Source: Oscillospiraceae bacterium (GTDB taxonomy: Bacteria; Bacillota; Clostridia; Oscillospirales; Oscillospiraceae). From it: a stretch of 64,000 nucleotides of DNA. The DNA lies in assembly GCA_045225715.1 (NCBI GenBank), contig JBGVBS010000015.1:1001-65000 (forward strand), read 5' to 3'. The position numbers and the translations under genes were made by a program. Positions 9,622 to 20,102 of the stretch are shown piece by piece. How positions within the stretch are numbered: position 1 is the first letter of the stretch; every line of letters begins with the position of its first letter. A model generated the notes under the pieces. That model searched no databases and was not told where the DNA came from. It saw only the letters and a program-made list of their open reading frames with translations.

Positions 9622-11550
9622 ATGCCCCATATTCAACAACTATCCCCCCATGTCGCCGACCTGATTGCCGCAGGCGAGGTCGTGGAGCGGCCCGCCAGCG
9701 TCGCCAAGGAGCTGCTGGAAAACGCCATCGATGCGGGCGCGACCGCCGTCACCGTGGAGATCCGGGATGGCGGCATGACATACCTCCGCGTCAGCGACGA
9801 CGGCTGCGGCATCGCACCCGACGAGTTGCCGACAGCGTTCCTGCGCCACGCGACGAGCAAGCTGCGCAAAGCGGAAGACCTCGCCGCCATTGGCACGCTG
9901 GGTTTTCGCGGCGAGGCGCTGGCTGCAATCTCTTCTGTTTCTCGCCTTGATATTTTCACGCGGCAGCGCGGCGCGGCAAGCGGCGCGACGCTGCATCTGG
10001 AGGGTGGGACGCCCGGCGAGGCGCAGGACGCGGGTTGCCCCGAGGGCACAAGCGTCATCGTGCGCGACCTTTTTTACAACACGCCCGCCCGTCTCAAGTT
10101 TATGAAGCGCGACAGCGCGGAGGCGACCGCCATCTCCGGCATCGTCACGCACCTCGCGCTCTCCCACCCCGGCATTTCCTTCCGGCTGCTTAAGGACGGC
10201 GCGGAGGCTCTGCACACCCCTGGCGACGGGGTGCTCAAGTCCGCCGTCTACGCGGCGCTGGGGCGCGAGTTCACGCTCTCGCTGATCGACGTCAAGGGGC
10301 GCGACGGCGAGCTGGCGGCGGATGGTTTCGTGACCCGCCCGCTGAACGGGCGCGGCACACGCGCCATGCAGACGTTCTTTGTCAACGGGCGCCTCGTCAA
10401 GTCCCAACTTCTGACCGCCGCGCTGGAAGAGGCTTACGCCAACCGCATCATGAAAGGCAAATTTCCCGGCTGCGTACTCTGTGTCACGCTGCCGTTCGAT
10501 ATGGTAGACGTCAACGTCCACCCCGCCAAGACCATTGTCAAATTCGTTAACGAGAAGGTCGTATTCGACCTCGTCTACCACGGCGTCATGGACGCGCTCG
10601 ACCGCGAAGCGAAGCCGGTGGAAACGGCAGTAGTGAAAAGCGCTCCCTCTTTCTCTGCGAAGCCTGTACCGCAGGTACATAACCCGCGCAACGATTTCTA
10701 TCAATCCATGTCCGCAGGGCAGTACCGCGCATCGCAAGGCGTCAAGCCCGCTCCTGCGGCGCCAAAGCCCGCGCCGCCTGTGTTTCAGACCCGCATCCCC
10801 GCCACGAGTCTCGGCGAGCTGGGCGGCAGAGTTCGCGTATCGGACATTGTGCGGCAGACGCCCGCGCCCGTTCCATCGCTCACAGCGCCTGTCGAGCCCG
10901 CTGCACCTGTTTTTTCCCCGTCTGTCACGGCGGAGCCTTCCATGGAACCGGAGCAAACGACCATACTCCCCGAGACCGTCATCCCGTGGCGCATCGCCGG
11001 CGAGGTCCTCGACACCTACATCGTCTGCGAGGATGCAGAGAAAAACGTTTGGCTCATCGACAAGCACGCCGCGCATGAGCGCGTCAACTTCGACCGCTTT
11101 AAGGCGCAGAATGAGCCGATCATGTCCCAAACGCTGCTGACGCCGCTCGTCGCGCAGCTTGGCGCCGCCGAGTTTGCGGCGGTTGCCGGACAATCCGACC
11201 TTCTGCGCGGTTTCGGCTTTGATTGCGAAGATTTTGGCGGCAGCGCCGTGTTGCTGCGCGCCATTCCCGCCGACGTCGACGAGGCCGACGCTGTGTCTAC
11301 GCTGGAGGAGATTGCCGGCAAGCTGGCGACCGAGAAATCCGCCGATCCCGCCGCCGCGCGTGATTCGCTGCTGGCAACGCTCGCCTGCAAGGCGGCGATC
11401 AAGGGCGGCTGGAAGTCCGACGAGCGCGAGCTGCGTGTACTGGTGGACAAAGTGCAGAACGGCGAGATCGAGTATTGCCCGCACGGGCGTCCGGTCAAGG
11501 TCAAATTGACACAGTATCAGCTTGAAAAGATGTTCAAGCGTATCGTATAA
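9622..11550 (+). CDS. mutL: DNA mismatch repair protein MutL
   Basis: 642 aa. GHKL ATPase motif ELLENAIDAG and C-terminal dimerisation domain. Confidence 0.96.
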   Translation: MPHIQQLSPHVADLIAAGEVVERPASVAKELLENAIDAGATAVTVEIRDGGMTYLRVSDDGCGIAPDELPTAFLRHATSKLRKAEDLAAIGTLGFRGEALAAISSVSRLDIFTRQRGAASGATLHLEGGTPGEAQDAGCPEGTSVIVRDLFYNTPARLKFMKRDSAEATAISGIVTHLALSHPGISFRLLKDGAEALHTPGDGVLKSAVYAALGREFTLSLIDVKGRDGELAADGFVTRPLNGRGTRAMQTFFVNGRLVKSQLLTAALEEAYANRIMKGKFPGCVLCVTLPFDMVDVNVHPAKTIVKFVNEKVVFDLVYHGVMDALDREAKPVETAVVKSAPSFSAKPVPQVHNPRNDFYQSMSAGQYRASQGVKPAPAAPKPAPPVFQTRIPATSLGELGGRVRVSDIVRQTPAPVPSLTAPVEPAAPVFSPSVTAEPSMEPEQTTILPETVIPWRIAGEVLDTYIVCEDAEKNVWLIDKHAAHERVNFDRFKAQNEPIMSQTLLTPLVAQLGAAEFAAVAGQSDLLRGFGFDCEDFGGSAVLLRAIPADVDEADAVSTLEEIAGKLATEKSADPAAARDSLLATLACKAAIKGGWKSDERELRVLVDKVQNGEIEYCPHGRPVKVKLTQYQLEKMFKRIV

Positions 11551-11567
11551 AACCGGAGGAACACAGT

Positions 11568-11762
11568 ATGGCAAGAAAAGAAAAACGCTTTGTCGTACAT
11601 AGCGAAAGCATGGGGCTCAGTTCCGTTAAAATCATTATGGATAAGATAACCGGAGTGCACTACCTGTACTATTTCGACGGAGCCTCCGGCGGGCTGACCG
11701 TTCTTCTGGACAAAGACGGCAAACCCCTCATCCAACCTGTCTCCGGCAGCGATGAGCAATAA
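11568..11762 (+). CDS. Small conserved hypothetical protein (DUF6440-like by recollection)
   Basis: 64 aa ORF with an RBS, packed between mutL and miaA and overlapping the miaA start. Contains a GVHYLYYFDG..GGLTVLLDKDGKP motif. Confidence 0.6.
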   Translation: MARKEKRFVVHSESMGLSSVKIIMDKITGVHYLYYFDGASGGLTVLLDKDGKPLIQPVSGSDEQ

Positions 11763-12696
11763 GCTGATCTGCGTCGTGGGACCGACCGCCTGCGGAAAGA
11801 CAAGGATGGGCGTGTTGCTGGCGCACCGATACAACGGCGAGGTCGTGTCCTGCGACTCGATGCAGCTCTACCGCGGCATGGTGATCGGCACCGCCGCTCC
11901 CACGCCCGATGAAACCGAAGGCGTCGCGCACCACATGGTCGGCGTCGTTGATCCCGCCGAGCCTTATTCCGTCGCGCGGTATGCGGAGGACGCGGGAAAC
12001 TGCGTAGACGGCATTCTCTCGCGCGGCAGACAGCCTATTGTTGTCGGCGGAACGGGGCTGTATCTGGACGCGTTGCTCGCCGGTCACGGTTTTGCCGCCG
12101 GTCAGTCCGGCGGCAAAGCGCGGCGCCAGCTGGAAGAGCGCCTTGCCGCTGTCGGCATCCAGCCGCTTTTGGACGAACTTCGGTGCATCGATCCCGAGCG
12201 CGCGGCGCAGCTGGAGCCCAACGACCGCAAGCGCATCCTCCGCGCGCTGGAGATCTGGTACGAAACCGGCAAAACGCAAACCTCGCACGACCGCGAGAGC
12301 AAGTCCATTCCGCCACGTTATGAAGCGGTTTATCTCGGATTCGCTTTTGAAGATCGCGAGGAGATGAAGGCGCTCATTGATCGTCGAGTGGACGCCATGG
12401 TGGAGCGAGGGCTGTTCGACGAGGTGCGCGCCCTGTTGGATGCAGGCGTGCCTCGCACATCCACCGCATGGCAGGCCATCGGCTATAAGGAGTGTCTCGC
12501 CTGTCTCAACGGCGAGTCTTCCAGATCGGACGCCATCGCGGAGATCAAGCTCCGCTCACGCCAATATGCCAAGCGGCAGTTGACCTGGCTGCGGCGCAAC
12601 AAAGCGATTCACTGGTTCTATTGGAAAAAAACGCGCGACTTCCAGGCGGCTCTCGCGTTTTCGACAGGAATCCTGTCACAGCATGGCGTATTCTGA
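11752..12696 (+). CDS. miaA: tRNA dimethylallyltransferase
   Basis: P-loop GPTACGKT; 314 aa; classic mutL-miaA-hfq synteny. Confidence 0.95.
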   Translation: MSNKLICVVGPTACGKTRMGVLLAHRYNGEVVSCDSMQLYRGMVIGTAAPTPDETEGVAHHMVGVVDPAEPYSVARYAEDAGNCVDGILSRGRQPIVVGGTGLYLDALLAGHGFAAGQSGGKARRQLEERLAAVGIQPLLDELRCIDPERAAQLEPNDRKRILRALEIWYETGKTQTSHDRESKSIPPRYEAVYLGFAFEDREEMKALIDRRVDAMVERGLFDEVRALLDAGVPRTSTAWQAIGYKECLACLNGESSRSDAIAEIKLRSRQYAKRQLTWLRRNKAIHWFYWKKTRDFQAALAFSTGILSQHGVF

Positions 12697-12744
12697 CTTT
12701 ATCAGCGAGGCGGACAAGCCTCAGATAAAGAAAGGATCAACACC

Positions 12745-12981
12745 ATGAAAAAGAACACCAATCTACAGGACACTTTCCTCACCAAAGCGCGGCGGCATAC
12801 CGTGCCGCTGACCGTGTTCCTTGTCAACGGCTTCCAGATGCGCGGCACTGTGCGCGGGTTCGACCCCTTTGTCGTTATACTGGAAAGCGAGGGCAAGCAG
12901 CAGATGCTGTACAAACACGCGATTTCCACCATTGTGCCGCTTCAGACGGTCGATCTGCGCGATGCGGAGGCGGAGGACTGA
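12745..12981 (+). CDS. hfq: RNA chaperone Hfq
   Basis: Sm1/Sm2 motifs ([30 protein letters not shown]). Confidence 0.95.
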   Translation: MKKNTNLQDTFLTKARRHTVPLTVFLVNGFQMRGTVRGFDPFVVILESEGKQQMLYKHAISTIVPLQTVDLRDAEAED

Positions 12982-13005
12982 TCCTGCATTCCGAAAGGCG
13001 CACCC

Positions 13006-14241
13006 ATGAAAAATACCTCTCTGACCACAAAACTCATTACCGTGCTGCTGGCGCTTGCTGTTCTGGCCTACTTCGGCTTTCAGACGTGGAGCTACTTCAC
13101 CAGTCCCGAGGTCACGACAGCGGTTTACACCTATCGTGCCGAACATATTCTGACCCTCAACGGCTTCGTCGTGCGCGACGAGCAGGTCATCGATTGCAGC
13201 GACTCCCTTGTTGAGCTGACTCGCTCGGAGGGCGAACGCGTCGCCAAGGGCAGGCGTGTCGCCACCGTCTACCAAAGCGCAGAGGCGCTGGAGGCAGAGC
13301 GTCATGTCACCGCGCTGCGCACGCAGCTGGAACAGCTGAAATCCGCGCAAACTGCCGCGCGTGACGCTGAGGCAGCGCTTCGGCTTGACTCGGCGCTTGA
13401 AGAAGACATTGTCGCAATGCGCGCGCTGCTGGTAAGCGGAAGCTATATCGCGGCAGGCAGCGCCGTTTCCAAGCTGGAAGCAACCGTGTTGCAGCGCGAG
13501 TACGCCTACCGCGGCAGCGCCGATCTCAGCGAGCGCATCGAGCGGCTGGAAGCGGAAATCGCAGACGTATCCCGAAGCATCGGCGGCAATTCTCGCGCCG
13601 TTGTCGCTCCCTTTGCCGGCACTTACTCCGCCGCAGCAGACGGATACGAGGCCGTCCTGACTCCCGCGGTGCTGGGAAGCATGACGCCGTCCTCCCTTTC
13701 TCAAGTCACGCCCGAGCCGGTTTCTTCTACTGTCGGCAAGCTGATCCGCGGCGACAAGTGGTATTATGCCGCAGTGATTTCTGAATCGGACGCCGCCTCA
13801 ATTTCGGAAGGGCAGCTCATGGAGATCGCGATTTCCGGCGCCGATATGCCCCTGCCCGTGATCGTCCATTCCGTCAGCCGTCCGGAAAACGGAAAACGCC
13901 TGCTCGTCCTGCGCGGATCGCAGCATCTGTCCTACGTCTCTATGCTGCGCGACCAGAGCGCCGAGCTGATCCTGGAAAGCTATACTGGCTTGCGTGTGCC
14001 GAAAAATGCGCTCCGCATCGGTGAGGATCAGCGTCTCGGCGTCTATTGCCGCATCGGGCGTCAGGCGTGGTTCAAACCTGTCGAATTGCTCTATCAGGGC
14101 GAGGATTATTGCCTTGTGGAGCCCGGTTCGATCCTGGCGGTTCGCGAAAGCGACTATATTTTCTACACACTGCGAAACGGTGACGAGGTCATCGTTTCTG
14201 CGGAGGATCTTTATAACGGGAAGGTGCTGGAACAGTCATGA
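13006..14241 (+). CDS. Membrane-anchored HlyD/membrane-fusion-like protein
   Basis: N-terminal TM helix, a long coiled-coil segment, then a beta-rich C-terminus; 411 aa. The family assignment is tentative. Confidence 0.5.
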   Translation: MKNTSLTTKLITVLLALAVLAYFGFQTWSYFTSPEVTTAVYTYRAEHILTLNGFVVRDEQVIDCSDSLVELTRSEGERVAKGRRVATVYQSAEALEAERHVTALRTQLEQLKSAQTAARDAEAALRLDSALEEDIVAMRALLVSGSYIAAGSAVSKLEATVLQREYAYRGSADLSERIERLEAEIADVSRSIGGNSRAVVAPFAGTYSAAADGYEAVLTPAVLGSMTPSSLSQVTPEPVSSTVGKLIRGDKWYYAAVISESDAASISEGQLMEIAISGADMPLPVIVHSVSRPENGKRLLVLRGSQHLSYVSMLRDQSAELILESYTGLRVPKNALRIGEDQRLGVYCRIGRQAWFKPVELLYQGEDYCLVEPGSILAVRESDYIFYTLRNGDEVIVSAEDLYNGKVLEQS

Positions 14242-14933
14242 GCATTGCAGAAAACATTGCGCGGGTCCGCGCCAATATCGAGCGCGCCGCGCGTGAAGCA
14301 GGGCGTGATCCGAAGGAGATCATGCTTGTCGGCGCGAGCAAAATGAATGACTCGGATGCCTGCCGTGCCGCCATTGCCGCCGGGATCGACGCCTTGGGCG
14401 AGAACCGTGTGCAGGAGATGACGCAAAAGCTCGCGGAACATGCTTATGACGGCGCACCGCTGCATTTCATCGGCCATCTTCAGCGCAACAAGGTCAGGCA
14501 AGTAGTCGGCAGAGTCGACCTGATCGAGTCTGTCGGTTCGTTGGAACTGCTGGAACTGATCGACGCGCAGGCGAAAAAGCTCGACATCGTACAGGATATT
14601 TTGCTTGAGGTCAACATCGGCGGAGAGATCGCGAAAAGCGGCTTTGCGCCGGAGATGCTTTCCGCCGCGGCGGAAAGCGCTGCGCGGTTGGAGCACGTCC
14701 GTCTTCGGGGGCTGATGTGCATACCACCCGTTGCGGAGGATGAACACGGCAGCATACCATATTTTGAAAAAGTTCATCGCCTATATGTTGACATCAACGA
14801 AAAAAAGTATCATAATATGCTTGATATGTTATCGATGGGTATGAGTGGTGACTATGAAGACGCGGTGCGCGCCGGCGCAACGGTTGTCCGCGTTGGCACC
14901 GCGATTTTCGGTACACGTTATTATGTGAAATAG
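14238..14933 (+). CDS. yggS: YggS-family pyridoxal-phosphate homeostasis protein
   Basis: VGASK PLP-lysine motif and HFIGHLQRNK motif; sits upstream of sepF. Confidence 0.92.
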   Translation: MSIAENIARVRANIERAAREAGRDPKEIMLVGASKMNDSDACRAAIAAGIDALGENRVQEMTQKLAEHAYDGAPLHFIGHLQRNKVRQVVGRVDLIESVGSLELLELIDAQAKKLDIVQDILLEVNIGGEIAKSGFAPEMLSAAAESAARLEHVRLRGLMCIPPVAEDEHGSIPYFEKVHRLYVDINEKKYHNMLDMLSMGMSGDYEDAVRAGATVVRVGTAIFGTRYYVK

Positions 14934-14948
14934 AGAGGGGCAACAATT

Positions 14949-15416
14949 ATGGGTATCTTCGATGACCTGAAGAAATGGGCGCATCCTTATGAGGATGAAG
15001 ACGGCGAATTTGAGGACGATTTCCCTGATCTGCGCGACCGCGGCGACAGCGCTGCCTTTGCTGATCGGGGTGGTTCCGGTTCCACGGCTCGCACCCGTGA
15101 GGAGGATCGCCGCAACAAGGTGGTCAACATTCATGCGACGACGCAGTTGAAGGTCGTTCTGGTCAAACCAGAGCGTTTTGAAAATGCTTCGGAAATCGCC
15201 GATCATCTCAAAGAAAAGCGCACCGTCGTCATCAATTTGGAATCGACGAACAAGGACGTCGCCCGTCGTCTGGTCGACTTCCTTTCCGGTGTGGCTTATG
15301 CCGGTGAGGGCAAGATCAAGAAGGTCGCCGCCAACACCTACATCATTACGCCCTACCACGTCGATATTATGGGCGACCTGATCGACGAGCTGGAGAGCAG
15401 CGGTCTTTATCTTTGA
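14949..15416 (+). CDS. sepF: Cell division protein SepF
   Basis: 155 aa; conserved C-terminal SepF domain (VVLVKPERFENASEIADHLKEKRTVVINLE). Confidence 0.92.
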   Translation: MGIFDDLKKWAHPYEDEDGEFEDDFPDLRDRGDSAAFADRGGSGSTARTREEDRRNKVVNIHATTQLKVVLVKPERFENASEIADHLKEKRTVVINLESTNKDVARRLVDFLSGVAYAGEGKIKKVAANTYIITPYHVDIMGDLIDELESSGLYL

Positions 15417-15435
15417 TCTGTAAGGGAGGTTCACT

Positions 15436-16197
15436 ATGCTGACACCGCAGGAAGTTGCAGATCACGCATTTGCCAAGTCCGCATTTGGCGGCTATAATAT
15501 GGCCATGGTGGACGAGTTCCTTGACGAATTGACCGACGACTACACGGCGCTTTACAAAGAAAACACCGCGCTCAAGGCCAAAATGAAGGTTCTTGTTGAT
15601 AAGGTTGAGGAGTATCGCGCTACAGAGGATTCCATGCGCAAGGCCTTGCTTGCCGCGCAGAATATGGCAAGCAACATGGTATCCGAGGCGGAGGAAAAGA
15701 AGGAGACATTGCTCGCCGACGCGGAGATGGAGGCACGCGCCAAAATCGGCGCATTGCATGACGAGATCATCGCTGAGCAGAAGCGCCTCAACGCGATCAA
15801 GGCGCAGACGAAAGCGTTTTCCGATCAGACCCGCGCCATCTGCGAATATCAGTTGCGGCAGTTGGATGCGCTGCCCGATATGACGCCGGAAGAAGTAGAG
15901 AAAAGCTCTCATGAAGCGAATGCAGCGTCCACGACTGTGGCGGACGTTGCCGCTTTGGGCGAGCAGATCGTAGCTTCCTATGAACGCGAGCATGAGGCGG
16001 AGGCTGCGACAACGGTCTTCACTCCCGTCAAGTCCAGGGTTCCCGCATCCGATCTGGATGCAACGATCATGTTTCCCACAGTTAAGGGCGACAAGCCCGT
16101 AACTGCGGAGAAGGATCCCTTTTCGGACGACGCCACCCGTCCGATCAAGCTGGCAGATCTGAAGTTTGGCCGCAACTACAACGGCGAAGAGGATTGA
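15436..16197 (+). CDS. divIVA: DivIVA domain-containing protein
   Basis: N-terminal MLTPQEV..F......GYNMAMVDEFLD DivIVA signature followed by coiled coil. Confidence 0.9.
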   Translation: MLTPQEVADHAFAKSAFGGYNMAMVDEFLDELTDDYTALYKENTALKAKMKVLVDKVEEYRATEDSMRKALLAAQNMASNMVSEAEEKKETLLADAEMEARAKIGALHDEIIAEQKRLNAIKAQTKAFSDQTRAICEYQLRQLDALPDMTPEEVEKSSHEANAASTTVADVAALGEQIVASYEREHEAEAATTVFTPVKSRVPASDLDATIMFPTVKGDKPVTAEKDPFSDDATRPIKLADLKFGRNYNGEED

Positions 16198-16205
16198 TGT
16201 AAAAA

Positions 16206-16227
16206 GCGGCGCACAAGCGCCGCTTTT
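16206..16227 (+). terminator. Rho-independent terminator after divIVA
   Basis: GCGGCGC-ACAA-GCGCCGC stem-loop followed by TTTT. Confidence 0.75.
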
Positions 16228-16247
16228 CCCTTAATCGAGGTAGTTTT

Positions 16248-17099
16248 ATGAAAAAGAAGCCCATCATAGCGTTTCTTTACGATTTTGATAAGACGCTTTG
16301 TACCACAGATATGCAGGATTACGCCTTTATCCCCAGTTTGGGCTATACGCCCAAGGAATTCTGGGGCATTGCCAACGCCTTCGGCTGGAGCAATCACATG
16401 GATGGCCTGCTTGCATATATGTATACGATGATCGACGAGTGCCGCAAAAAGGGCGTCCGTCTGGATCGCGACTACCTGGTCAGATGCGGCAATGCGATCC
16501 AGCTTTTCCCCGGCGTCAAGGGCTGGTTCTCCCGCATCAACGCCTTCGGTGAGGATCTGGGCGTTGCGGTAGAGCATTACGTGCTTTCCTCCGGTCTCAA
16601 GGAAATCATCGAAGGAAGCGGCATTGCGCATGAATTTCGGGAGATTTATGCCTGCGAGTTTCTTTACGGTGCGGACGGGCTCGCCATGTGGCCCAAGCTG
16701 GATGTTAACTTCACAAACAAAACCCAGTTCGTCTATCGCATCAACAAAGGGATCCTCGACGTTGCGAACGACCGTGATCTCAACGCTTCCATGCCCGATG
16801 ACAGCAAACGTATCCCGTTTACCAACATGATTTACGTCGGTGATGGACTCTCCGACGTCCCCTGCATGAAGATGATGCGCGCCTACGGTGGTCAGGCAGT
16901 TGCCGTCTATCAGGACAGCAATCGCGCTGGTGTAGAGGGGTTGCTTGCGGACGGACGGGTGGACTTCATCTTCCCCGCCGATTACCGCGAGGACACGATG
17001 CTGGATCAGACGATGAAGAACATTCTCCGCAAGATCGCGATCAGCGATATACTCAGTGAAGAAAACGCGGAACAACTGCGAGCGATTCGCGCAGAATGA
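16248..17099 (+). CDS. HAD-superfamily hydrolase
   Basis: DFDKTL (DxDxT) nucleophile motif near the N-terminus and a GDGLSD motif IV; 283 aa. Confidence 0.8.
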   Translation: MKKKPIIAFLYDFDKTLCTTDMQDYAFIPSLGYTPKEFWGIANAFGWSNHMDGLLAYMYTMIDECRKKGVRLDRDYLVRCGNAIQLFPGVKGWFSRINAFGEDLGVAVEHYVLSSGLKEIIEGSGIAHEFREIYACEFLYGADGLAMWPKLDVNFTNKTQFVYRINKGILDVANDRDLNASMPDDSKRIPFTNMIYVGDGLSDVPCMKMMRAYGGQAVAVYQDSNRAGVEGLLADGRVDFIFPADYREDTMLDQTMKNILRKIAISDILSEENAEQLRAIRAE

Positions 17100-17109
17100 C
17101 GTATCACAC

Positions 17110-17145
17110 AAAAAGAAAGACGCCATAAAGGCGTCTTTCTTTTTG
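17110..17145. terminator. Bidirectional terminator between the HAD gene and rplL
   Basis: AGAAAGACGCC-ATAAA-GGCGTCTTTCT stem flanked by an A-run and a T-run. Confidence 0.8.
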
Positions 17146-17155
17146 TTCGGGAAAA

Positions 17156-17524
17156 TTACTTGAGCTCGACCTTGCCGCCGGCCTCTTCGACCTTCTTCTT
17201 GAGCTCCTCGGCCTCGTCCTTGGACGCGCCTTCCTTCAGGGTCTTGGGAGCACCCTCAACGAACGCCTTCGCCTCGGCGAGGCCCAGGCCGGTGATCTCG
17301 CGGACGACCTTGATGACCTTGATCTTCGCAGCAGCGTCAAAGCTGGCGAGGACGACGTCAAAGTCGGTCTTCTCCTCCGCAGCGGGAGCAGCGGCAGCAG
17401 CGGGAGCGGCCATCGCGGCAGCGGAAACGCCGAACTCCTCCTCGAGGGCGTGAACGAGCTCAGAGAGCTCCAGAACGGTCAGAGCCTTGATCTCTTCGAT
17501 CATAGCAGTCACTTTCTCAGACAT
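17156..17524 (-). CDS. rplL: 50S ribosomal protein L7/L12
   Basis: 122 aa; Ala-rich hinge and conserved C-terminal domain. Confidence 0.97.
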   Translation of the reverse strand: MSEKVTAMIEEIKALTVLELSELVHALEEEFGVSAAAMAAPAAAAAPAAEEKTDFDVVLASFDAAAKIKVIKVVREITGLGLAEAKAFVEGAPKTLKEGASKDEAEELKKKVEEAGGKVELK

Positions 17525-17573
17525 GTTAAAGTTCCTCCTGATAAGAATTTGTTTTGTGTTGATGTTGCGCCGC

Positions 17574-18110
17574 TTATTCGGCGGCGGGGGCTTCAGCAGC
17601 GGCTTCCTCGGCGGGAGCGCCCTGCTTTTCGGCGATCTGCTTCAGAACGACGGCCAGGCCCGTAATGGGCGCGAGCATCGTGCCAAGCACCTGCGCCTGC
17701 AGGATGGGCAGCGGCGGGATCGAAGCGAGGGAGTTGATGGTGGCCATATCGACGACCTTACCCTCCATGAATCCGCCCTTGATCTCGAACTTACCGTTCA
17801 GCTTCTTGGCGAAGTCGGCAATAACGCGGGCGGGAGCCACGGGATCGCTCGCGATTGCGAGGGACGTAGTGCCGTTGAGCTGGTCGTCCAGCGCCTCAAG
17901 ACCGACGTTGTTGAACGCGCGGCGGAGCATGGTGTTCTTGATAACAGCATACTCGACCTCGTTCTCACGGCAGGCCTTACGGAGCTCGGTGTCCTCAGCC
18001 ACGGTGATGCCCTTGTAATCGACGATGACGCCAGCCGCGGCGCCCTTGAGCTTTTCGCTCAGGCCTTCCACGATTGCCTGCTTCTCGGACAGGACTTTTG
18101 CGTTAGGCAT
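17574..18110 (-). CDS. rplJ: 50S ribosomal protein L10
   Basis: Start set at the ATG ([11 protein letters not shown]) 10 nt downstream of a GGAGGT RBS. Confidence 0.95.
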   Translation of the reverse strand: MPNAKVLSEKQAIVEGLSEKLKGAAAGVIVDYKGITVAEDTELRKACRENEVEYAVIKNTMLRRAFNNVGLEALDDQLNGTTSLAIASDPVAPARVIADFAKKLNGKFEIKGGFMEGKVVDMATINSLASIPPLPILQAQVLGTMLAPITGLAVVLKQIAEKQGAPAEEAAAEAPAAE

Positions 18111-18295
18111 ACTTGGTTTCACCTCCGTTGGATTTTGGGGTGCGTTCGTCAAGAAAAACCGTCCTCACGCCGCATGACATGAGGACGGTTCAAAGCAATT
18201 AAACTTGCCATCCTCGGCAGGACTTACGCGGCAAGCCGCACCTGCTGTCTTTGGAACGCATCGTGTATTATATTCATGCCCGGCAGTCTTGTCAA
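18111..18295 (-). promoter_or_regulatory. rplJL promoter plus L10-leader-type 5' UTR with attenuator hairpin
   Basis: Minus strand has TTGACA, 17 nt, TATAAT at 18267-18295. The leader contains a CCGTCCTCA...TGAGGACGG hairpin (18159-18188) followed by a U-run, as expected for L10(L12)4 autoregulation. Confidence 0.7.
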
Positions 18296-18320
18296 GCACA
18301 AATATCAATTTTACCGCTGC

Positions 18321-19010
18321 TTAAAGCTTCGCGGTCGCCATCTTGACGCCGGGGCCCATGGTGGACGCGGCGACGCAGGACTTGATATACTGACCCTTGG
18401 CAGCGGCGGGCTTGGCCTTGATGATCGCGCCCATGAGCGCCTCGAAGTTCTCGTTCAGCTTTTCGGGGCCGAAGGAGACCTTGCCGATCGGGCAGTGGAT
18501 GATGTTGGTCTTGTCGAGACGATACTCGACCTTACCGGCCTTGGACTCCTGGACAGCCTTGGCGACGTCCGGCGTCACGGTGCCCGCCTTGGGGGACGGC
18601 ATAAGGCCCTTCGGGCCGAGCAGACGGCCCAGACGACCGACAACGCCCATCATATCGGGAGAGGCGATGACGACATCGAAATCAAACCAGTTTTCTTTCT
18701 GGATCTTCTCGACCATATCCATCTCGCCGACGAAGTCCGCGCCGGCGGCGCGGGCGGCGTCCGCCTTGTCGCCCTTGGCGAAAACGAGAACGCGGGCGGT
18801 CTTGCCCGTGCCGTTCGGGAGAACGATGGCGCCGCGAACCTGCTGGTCGGCGTGACGGGAGTCGACGCCGAGCTTGACATGCAGCTCAACGGTCTCATCA
18901 AATTTGGCGGAAGCGGTCTTGCAAATCAGGCCGAAGCCCTCGACCGGCTCATACTGGGCGCTTCTGTCGATCTGCTTCGCAGCGTCCTGATACTTCTTAC
19001 CTCTAAACAT
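18321..19010 (-). CDS. rplA: 50S ribosomal protein L1
   Basis: Start set at MFRGKKYQ; conserved [15 protein letters not shown] motif. Confidence 0.96.
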   Translation of the reverse strand: MFRGKKYQDAAKQIDRSAQYEPVEGFGLICKTASAKFDETVELHVKLGVDSRHADQQVRGAIVLPNGTGKTARVLVFAKGDKADAARAAGADFVGEMDMVEKIQKENWFDFDVVIASPDMMGVVGRLGRLLGPKGLMPSPKAGTVTPDVAKAVQESKAGKVEYRLDKTNIIHCPIGKVSFGPEKLNENFEALMGAIIKAKPAAAKGQYIKSCVAASTMGPGVKMATAKL

Positions 19011-19027
19011 TATTGCTGCCTCCCCTC

Positions 19028-19453
19028 TCAGTCTTCCACCACGACGCCCATGGAGCGCGCGGTGCCCGCGATCATGCTCATCGCCGCTTCGAGACTGCCG
19101 GCGTTGAGGTCGCGCATCTTGAGCTCGGCGATCTTCTGGATGGACGCCTTGGAGATCTTGGCGACCTTTTCCTTGTTGGGAACGCCGGAAGCCTTGTCGA
19201 TGTTGCATTCCTTCTTGATGAGGACTGCCGCGGGGGGAGTCTTGGTGATGAAGCTGAAGGAACGGTCAGCGTACACGGTGATGACGACGGGGATGATCAG
19301 ACCCATGTCATTCTTCGTGCGCTCGTTGAATTCCTTCGTGAAAGCCGCGATGTTGACGCCGTGCTGACCAAGCGCGGGGCCGACAGGGGGCGCGGGAGTT
19401 GCTTTGCCTGCAGGGATCTGCAGCTTAACGTAACCGGTGACTTTCTGTGCCAT
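19028..19453 (-). CDS. rplK: 50S ribosomal protein L11
   Basis: [26 protein letters not shown] motif; start set at MAQKV. Confidence 0.96.
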   Translation of the reverse strand: MAQKVTGYVKLQIPAGKATPAPPVGPALGQHGVNIAAFTKEFNERTKNDMGLIIPVVITVYADRSFSFITKTPPAAVLIKKECNIDKASGVPNKEKVAKISKASIQKIAELKMRDLNAGSLEAAMSMIAGTARSMGVVVED

Positions 19454-19561
19454 GACTGGCACCTCCTTTTATAGATGTGGTAACGAGCGAGGCGCGGCAT
19501 GGCGTGCCTCTCCCACTTTGCCGCCGGAGCGGCTCATCGCATTCAGCGATATACGCTGGGG

Positions 19562-20089
19562 TTACTGGTCTACGACCTCCACCTGATCGAGTTCCAGCTC
19601 GACCGGCGTTTCGCGTCCGAACATGGACACGACGACGCAGACCTTGTTTTTCTCGGCGTCGATCTCGTCGACCGTTCCGATGAACGTCGCGAGCGGCCCG
19701 TCGGTGATCTTGACCTGATCGCCGACCTTGTAGAGCACGACGATTTCGTGCTTCTCCATACCGAGGGCCTGCACCTCCTCCTCGGTGAGGGGGATGGCGT
19801 TGTTGGCGGAACCGACGAAGCCGGTCACGCCGCGGATGTTGCGGATCAGATGCCAGGTGCTGTCCGTCATGATCATCTTCACAAGCACATAGCCCGGGAA
19901 GACCTTGCGCTCGATCTGCTTCGTCTCGCCGGATTCGGTGATCTCAGTGACCGTCTCCATCGGGATCTGGATATCCAGGATCATATCCTCAAGATGGCGG
20001 TTGGCGACGAACTTCTCGATTGCAGTCTTGACAGCGTTCTCATAACCGGAGTAGGTATGGGCGACATACCATTTTGCGCTCTCAGCCAT
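19562..20089 (-). CDS. nusG: Transcription termination/antitermination factor NusG
   Basis: KWYV.HTYSGYE N-terminus and a C-terminal KOW motif. Confidence 0.96.
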   Translation of the reverse strand: MAESAKWYVAHTYSGYENAVKTAIEKFVANRHLEDMILDIQIPMETVTEITESGETKQIERKVFPGYVLVKMIMTDSTWHLIRNIRGVTGFVGSANNAIPLTEEEVQALGMEKHEIVVLYKVGDQVKITDGPLATFIGTVDEIDAEKNKVCVVVSMFGRETPVELELDQVEVVDQ

Positions 20090-20102
20090 GACAAACCCTT
20101 TC

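Noticed and set aside
9640-11574. 644-aa ORF antisense to mutL. Similar very long antisense ORFs occur at 2537-4231, 24429-26354, 46209-47600, 52412-54202 and 55375-56835.
   Set aside because: Each lies opposite a gene with unmistakable family motifs. The translations are Arg/Ala/Gly-rich low-complexity strings with no motifs or RBS. Long stop-free antisense frames are expected at ~60% GC.
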